A stretch of DNA of 64,000 bases. Source: Vulcanimicrobiota bacterium (GTDB taxonomy: Bacteria; Vulcanimicrobiota; Vulcanimicrobiia; Eremiobacterales; Eremiobacteraceae). The translations under genes and the position numbers were made by a program. The stretch's first letter is position 1, and every line of letters begins with the position of its first letter. The stretch spans positions 1,248,001 to 1,312,000 of the forward strand of contig CAWETU010000001.1 of assembly GCA_963812135.1 (NCBI GenBank). The letters run 5' to 3'. Positions 59,385 through 64,000 of the stretch are shown here, piece by piece. The notes below the pieces were generated by a model, which was given only the letters and a program-made list of their open reading frames with translations, was not told the DNA's origin and did no database searches.

Positions 59385-60134
59385 ATGCGAGTCATTCGTG
59401 TTCTCGCGATGGTCACTCTACTTTCGTTCCTCGGTCCTCTTGTGGGCCTATTTCCCGCGGGGCGAGCCCTCGCTGGCAACGTTCGCATCGTCGTCAACGG
59501 TCAAGAGGTGACGTTCGACCAGCCACCGATCGAGCGAAGCGGACGTGTTTTTGTGCCGCTGCGCGGCGTATTCGAGCGCCTTGGCGCAAGCGTCGTCTAT
59601 GACAACGGTTTGATCAACGCCAGCGGCAACGGCCGCAACATCCAACTGCACATAGGCTCAACGTCGGCAACCGTCAACGGCCAGACGACCTCCTTGGATG
59701 TCGCCCCCTTCTTGGTGGGCGCGCGCACGTTGGTACCGTTGCGTTTCATCTCCGAGTCGTTGGGAGCGAACGTCAACTACGATGGCAGCTCTCAGACCGT
59801 GACCGTTGCATTGGCCGCTGCGCAGGGCCCGCCACTTCCGACGGCAACCCCCGCTGGGGTCAGGGTCATCAACATCGTCGCGTCCAACTGGCAGTTCACT
59901 CCGAACACCATCACCCTTGCGGCTGGAAGGGCCGTGACGCTGCGATTGACGTCCGCTTCCGGCGTGCATGGGATCCAATCAAACGAACTCGGGATCCCGC
60001 TCACGGCGATCAAGCCTGACCAATTCGTACAAACGACCTTTATTCCGAAAGCGGCAGGAACATACGTCATCCATTGCGCGATTGAGTGCGGCGCTGGCCA
60101 TAGCAACATGACCCTCACCATTATGGTGAAATAA
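59385..60134 (+). CDS. Copper-amine-oxidase-like N-terminal domain fused to a cupredoxin (CuA-like) domain
   Basis: VFVPLRGVFERLGA, LVPLRFISESLGA; C-terminal VHG...HCAIECGAGHSNM. Confidence 0.85.
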   Translation: MRVIRVLAMVTLLSFLGPLVGLFPAGRALAGNVRIVVNGQEVTFDQPPIERSGRVFVPLRGVFERLGASVVYDNGLINASGNGRNIQLHIGSTSATVNGQTTSLDVAPFLVGARTLVPLRFISESLGANVNYDGSSQTVTVALAAAQGPPLPTATPAGVRVINIVASNWQFTPNTITLAAGRAVTLRLTSASGVHGIQSNELGIPLTAIKPDQFVQTTFIPKAAGTYVIHCAIECGAGHSNMTLTIMVK

Positions 60135-60159
60135 CGTCGGGTTTCTTGTTACTGGTCGC

Positions 60160-61353
60160 TCACAGCAGCTGTTCGAGAACGACCGCGTGGCTCGAGCTCT
60201 TGCCATGAGACTGGCTCACGACCGTTATCGACGTCCCCGGCAGGTTCGTCGCGAACATTGCTCTGAGCGATAAGACGTCCCCGGGGTCGACTCGTCGGCC
60301 ATTCACGGCCACGATGTCGTCGCCTTGCTGTAACCCGGCATTCGATGCGGGCCCTGAAGGCAGCAGGCCGGCGACGTACGCGTGGTCGTCGTGCGTGGAG
60401 ATCCACAGGCCGCCGCGATCGTATCCGTCGCGAACCGCAAAATCCGCGCTCTTCCAAACATATAAGGTGCTGTGCGGATAATCGTAGACGATGTTGAAGC
60501 GCCTGAGAACTCCACCGCCGATGCTCGCCGCGGCGATGTTTGATTCAAAAGCTCCGCCGCTTTGACGTGAGGCGCGCGTTGTAATATTGGTGAGACGGGC
60601 GCCCAAGATGTCGAACTGCGGTAACGTAAACACGTCTGCGTAGACCGGACCGCCGACGCCAAAACCTGTCAGCACGTCTCGTACGCCGCCAAATCGTCCA
60701 TACATGCTGTGCTGCCTGGCAAAGGGGCCGAACAGAGTGAGCGACGTACGATCGCCGGTATCGATGAGTATCCGTCCGGGCTGATCTTGTATGCGGCCTT
60801 GCACGAAGACAAAGCCGGAATCCAGCGTGAACGGAACGGAAATGGCGTCAGACGGAAGCGCAAGACGTTCGCGGCTCAGTGTCAGAACGTGTCGATCCAT
60901 GTCGACTTCGACGGCGTAATGCCGCAGCATCGAGTACCCGATGATCCCATCGAGGCGGCGCAGGCCAATGCCTTCGCGGATGGCCGACAGATCCAGAATC
61001 GTCGCTTGTTGGTTCGAAGCGTGGGCGGTGCCAACGTCGAGCGCTGCAACAAGCGCGGTTGAATAGGATACGGTGTGGCTTCCCGCCCCGCCGAGGGTAC
61101 CTGCGTGTTCCCCGTGCAGATCCAGCCGATGCGCGAGTGTGCGATCGATCGTTATATCGCCCGCCCCGGTGTCGATGACAAAAGCATACGGCCCTTGTCC
61201 ATTGATCTTGCACTGGACGAATATGCGATTGTCTTCAAACGAGAATGGCACTGTGGCGGATTGGAATTGGGTCGCCGCGGCTGCGGGGCACATATGCGCT
61301 GCGCCGTAAGCGAAGAGCAGACCTAAGATGATCCGGGCAATCGACTTATGCAT
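60160..61353 (-). CDS. Secreted tandem retropepsin-like aspartyl protease with PDZ domain
   Basis: Two IDTG motifs, DGIIG, GPASNAGLQQGDDIVAVNG. Confidence 0.88.
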   Translation of the reverse strand: MHKSIARIILGLLFAYGAAHMCPAAAATQFQSATVPFSFEDNRIFVQCKINGQGPYAFVIDTGAGDITIDRTLAHRLDLHGEHAGTLGGAGSHTVSYSTALVAALDVGTAHASNQQATILDLSAIREGIGLRRLDGIIGYSMLRHYAVEVDMDRHVLTLSRERLALPSDAISVPFTLDSGFVFVQGRIQDQPGRILIDTGDRTSLTLFGPFARQHSMYGRFGGVRDVLTGFGVGGPVYADVFTLPQFDILGARLTNITTRASRQSGGAFESNIAAASIGGGVLRRFNIVYDYPHSTLYVWKSADFAVRDGYDRGGLWISTHDDHAYVAGLLPSGPASNAGLQQGDDIVAVNGRRVDPGDVLSLRAMFATNLPGTSITVVSQSHGKSSSHAVVLEQLL

Positions 61354-61628
61354 CCTATGCTCTTGGACGTTCAGTGGTCTGGCTCATGTGCAAATGTTGC
61401 CAGCGGCGTGCCAGCGAAACGGCACTCCAAAAGAGCATGAGTGGCCGACGCTAGCGCAGTGATTTTTCGTTCACAGATATACGGCCATGCCTGCCACGAT
61501 CTTCATCGAGCCAGGGGTCAGTGATCGGGAGACGCCTCGCGTGGCGCGAAACGCCGGCACCCTCTGACGCCAGCTGTCATTCGCGTGATGGTGGGGATCA
61601 AGGGCGGCTGCAATCGCCCTAAGCGCGT

Positions 61629-62880
61629 ATGGAGCGAACGGGCACAAAGTCGATGGCGCATGTACCTAGGGGGACGCCGCTCAAGCGGATGGCGCGGGTG
61701 AAGCTTTATCCCACTCCCTCCCAGGCAGCCGCCTTGGGAAAGGCGCTTGACATCTGTCGCCAGCTCTATAATACCGCGCTCGAGCAGCGGCGCGACGCGT
61801 GGCGCACCCGTCGGCTCTCGGTCACGTTTCGTCAGCAGTATGCGCAGCTGACTGAGTTGCGTCAAAGTGACCCGCGCATCGCTTCGATCTATCGCGAACT
61901 GCTTGATGCTGCCCTGTGGAAGCTCGATCTCGCATTCGCGGCATTTTTTCGAAGAATGCGCAAGGGGGAGAAGCCCGGATTCCCACGCTTTCGCGGTCGC
62001 GTAAGGTACAACTGCCTGGAATTCCCCCACGGCAACCGAGCTCTTACGCTCAGCCCAGCGCGGCGAAAAGTGCGCGTGCCAGGAGTGGGTCTTGTACGCA
62101 TGCGTAAGGGTCGCGATATCGGCGTCTTCGGGCGCGCCATGATAGTGCGGAACGCGCGAGGATGGTACGCGCTCTTCGAATGCCAGCGCGAGACTAAGCC
62201 CAAATCGCCAACGGGCCGGCGAGTGGGGCTGGACCGCGGCATCAACACGTTTCCAGCCCACCAGAGACGGGGATCGGTTGACGCACCCGCCTTTGCAATC
62301 GGAACCAGGCTCACGTGGCGCGCTTAGCGCGGGTCGTAGCTCGGCACCAGAGAGGTGCCAACCGGCACGGCCGTGACCATGCTGGCTCGAGCACATGACC
62401 GCCTGCGCTGGACCAGACGAGACTTCTTACACAAGTTTTCGCGACCCTCATCACAGCGACGATTTTGTCGCGATCAAGCGCTCAAGGTGCGCAACGTGAT
62501 CGCTCGACCAAAGGGAGTATGAGCAGCCGGTCAGCAACGTACGCGCTAAGGCGCGCTTGAACTTCGCGATTGCCGACGCAGGTTGGACTCTGTTTGCCTC
62601 GATGCTGCATGCCAAAGCGGAAGAAGCTGGGCGTACGTTTTCGAGGTCGACCGCGCCTTACAAGCCAGACTTGTTCAAGTTGCGGCTGGGTCGACGGTGC
62701 ATCAGTATCTCTAAAGCGGTGTTCGTCTGTACCGATTGTGGCTCGCAGATAGACGCCGATGTCAACGCCGCCAAGATGATACTCAAGAAGACCGAGTTAG
62801 CGGCCTGTGGGGAGGGGCGCCGGGTTGCCGGACCTCAAAGATCCACGAAGTTCACTAGCGCCGGGGCGGACCCGGTTCAC
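61629..62880 (+). mobile_element. tnpB: Degenerate IS200/IS605-family (IS1341-like) element with frameshifted tnpB, no tnpA
   Basis: KLYPTPSQ HTH, PGFPRFR, RuvC-I VGLDRGI, IADAGW, SQTCSSCG, FVCTDCG, DADVNAA distributed across several frames. Confidence 0.85.
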
Positions 62881-63282
62881 GCGCATCGGCTGCGTGAGAG
62901 TGCATGCAACGAACGAAGTCGTACCAGTTTAAGAGGTGAGCCCACAACGGCGCGTCCTTGCGGTCGTACGATCCTTCTCGAGACATCCGAAACGCCGCGA
63001 AGGTTTCTTTCGCAACGACTTTGTCGGTCGCGCAAAACGGCGAAGAACGGATATCGCATCGACAGGATGATGAGCAGACGATCGGGAACAACGCGATCAC
63101 ATCTGCACATCGCCGTTCGGATGCACATGCAAGCGGTAACTCGACCTCGCGAGAGCGGAAGGTACGATTTACCCTGCGTCCCTCCGCAAGCTGGATGATG
63201 TTACCTACGATTAGGTCATCGTACAGGAAGCGAGTGCCGCTATTCGCAAAGCCGGAAATGTGACAAATCAGAACAGCTCCGA

Positions 63283-63744
63283 ATGAGAGTGGTTGAAATG
63301 CGCTATCTCGTGGTTCTCTTCATTTGCATGTGCGCGCTTGTCTTGGCCACATCGAGCGACGCCTACGCGAAGGGCACCGTAACGGTGCAGCAAAGCGACG
63401 GCTCGACCCAGCAATATGCCGGCGTCACGATCCATGTCGTCAACAAGACGCTGCGGATCACGACGGCTGATGGGTTAGGCACACTCGTGATCGACAGGGC
63501 CGCGTGCTCGTACGTCGGCAATCTCATGATGTGTCTGCCCTACGACATGACGCTCAATCAAGGCGGCGGATCGCACCCGCTCGATTTCCAGCGGGGAACA
63601 GTGTACCTCAATCTCACCGACGCAAAGCAGCAATTGCCGCTTTCGTCCACGCAGTTGCCGCCGCAAGGCATCCTGCTCTCATTGACCACGAAGATCGGAA
63701 CGATCGTCAATCTGAGCGGAACGATCGATCAGGTGCAGAAATGA
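63283..63744 (+). CDS. Secreted hypothetical protein
   Basis: Signal peptide, 153-aa beta-rich ORF. Confidence 0.7.
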   Translation: MRVVEMRYLVVLFICMCALVLATSSDAYAKGTVTVQQSDGSTQQYAGVTIHVVNKTLRITTADGLGTLVIDRAACSYVGNLMMCLPYDMTLNQGGGSHPLDFQRGTVYLNLTDAKQQLPLSSTQLPPQGILLSLTTKIGTIVNLSGTIDQVQK

Positions 63745-64000
63745 GAACGTTGGCTTGCGCAATCGCAGTTCTCTTGCTCGCGGCTCAGCCCCTTAGCAGC
63801 GCTGGAGCGGCCCACCGGCGGTGGCGGCGGTTCTCCGAGCGTCTCGCGCCCAGCTCGGCGCCGGCACGGCCCGCGCCAAGCGGCGGATCTCGCCCTCCGG
63901 CGGCGCGCCGCAAGGCGGGGGCTTCAATATCAGTCGTGACATGAGCGCTTCGCAAAAGCCTGCAACCGTCCGGCCAACAACCCGGTCGCGAACCGGCCGA
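63741..64000 (+). CDS. Secreted low-complexity protein, partial or frameshifted at the window edge
   Basis: ATG overlapping the upstream stop (ATGA), signal peptide MRTLACAIAVLLLAAQ. Confidence 0.45.

Noticed and set aside
62900..63280. tnpA or other gene downstream of tnpB
   Set aside because: No HUH or serine-recombinase motif; the short ORFs lack supporting features

Overview
GC-rich bacterial chromosome segment. The gene repertoire (copper-amine-oxidase-N-terminal-domain proteins, carboxypeptidase-regulatory-domain TonB receptor, NHL lipoproteins, stand-alone RND permeases) suggests Ca. Eremiobacterota/Vulcanimicrobiota, but this is inference only. Positions 1-43 kb are an ordinary-looking backbone of transport, envelope and redox genes with tRNA-Val(CAC) and four GTAG-type REP palindromes. 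It hides two probable selenoproteins that the ORF track splits at in-frame TGA codons sitting exactly on catalytic Cys positions: a DsbA/FrnE-like UxxC protein (3382-3999) and a signal-peptide-bearing BCP-type peroxiredoxin (34130-34690). From tRNA-Asp(GTC) at 43033 onward the region is a tandem array of 2-5 kb cargo cassettes. Each is delimited by a direct repeat of the tRNA-Asp 3' half (47640, 52082, 54143, 59223) followed by a terminator-like hairpin. Cassette ends carry putative recombinase arm sites and 10-bp-phased repeats. No integrase gene is recognisable in the window. The cassettes carry two toxin-antitoxin pairs (HigBA, HicAB), metal/transport genes and several cleanly truncated gene scraps, followed by a decayed tnpB element. 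Isolated single-base frameshifts in long genes (TonB receptor, tricorn protease) look like sequencing/assembly indels.
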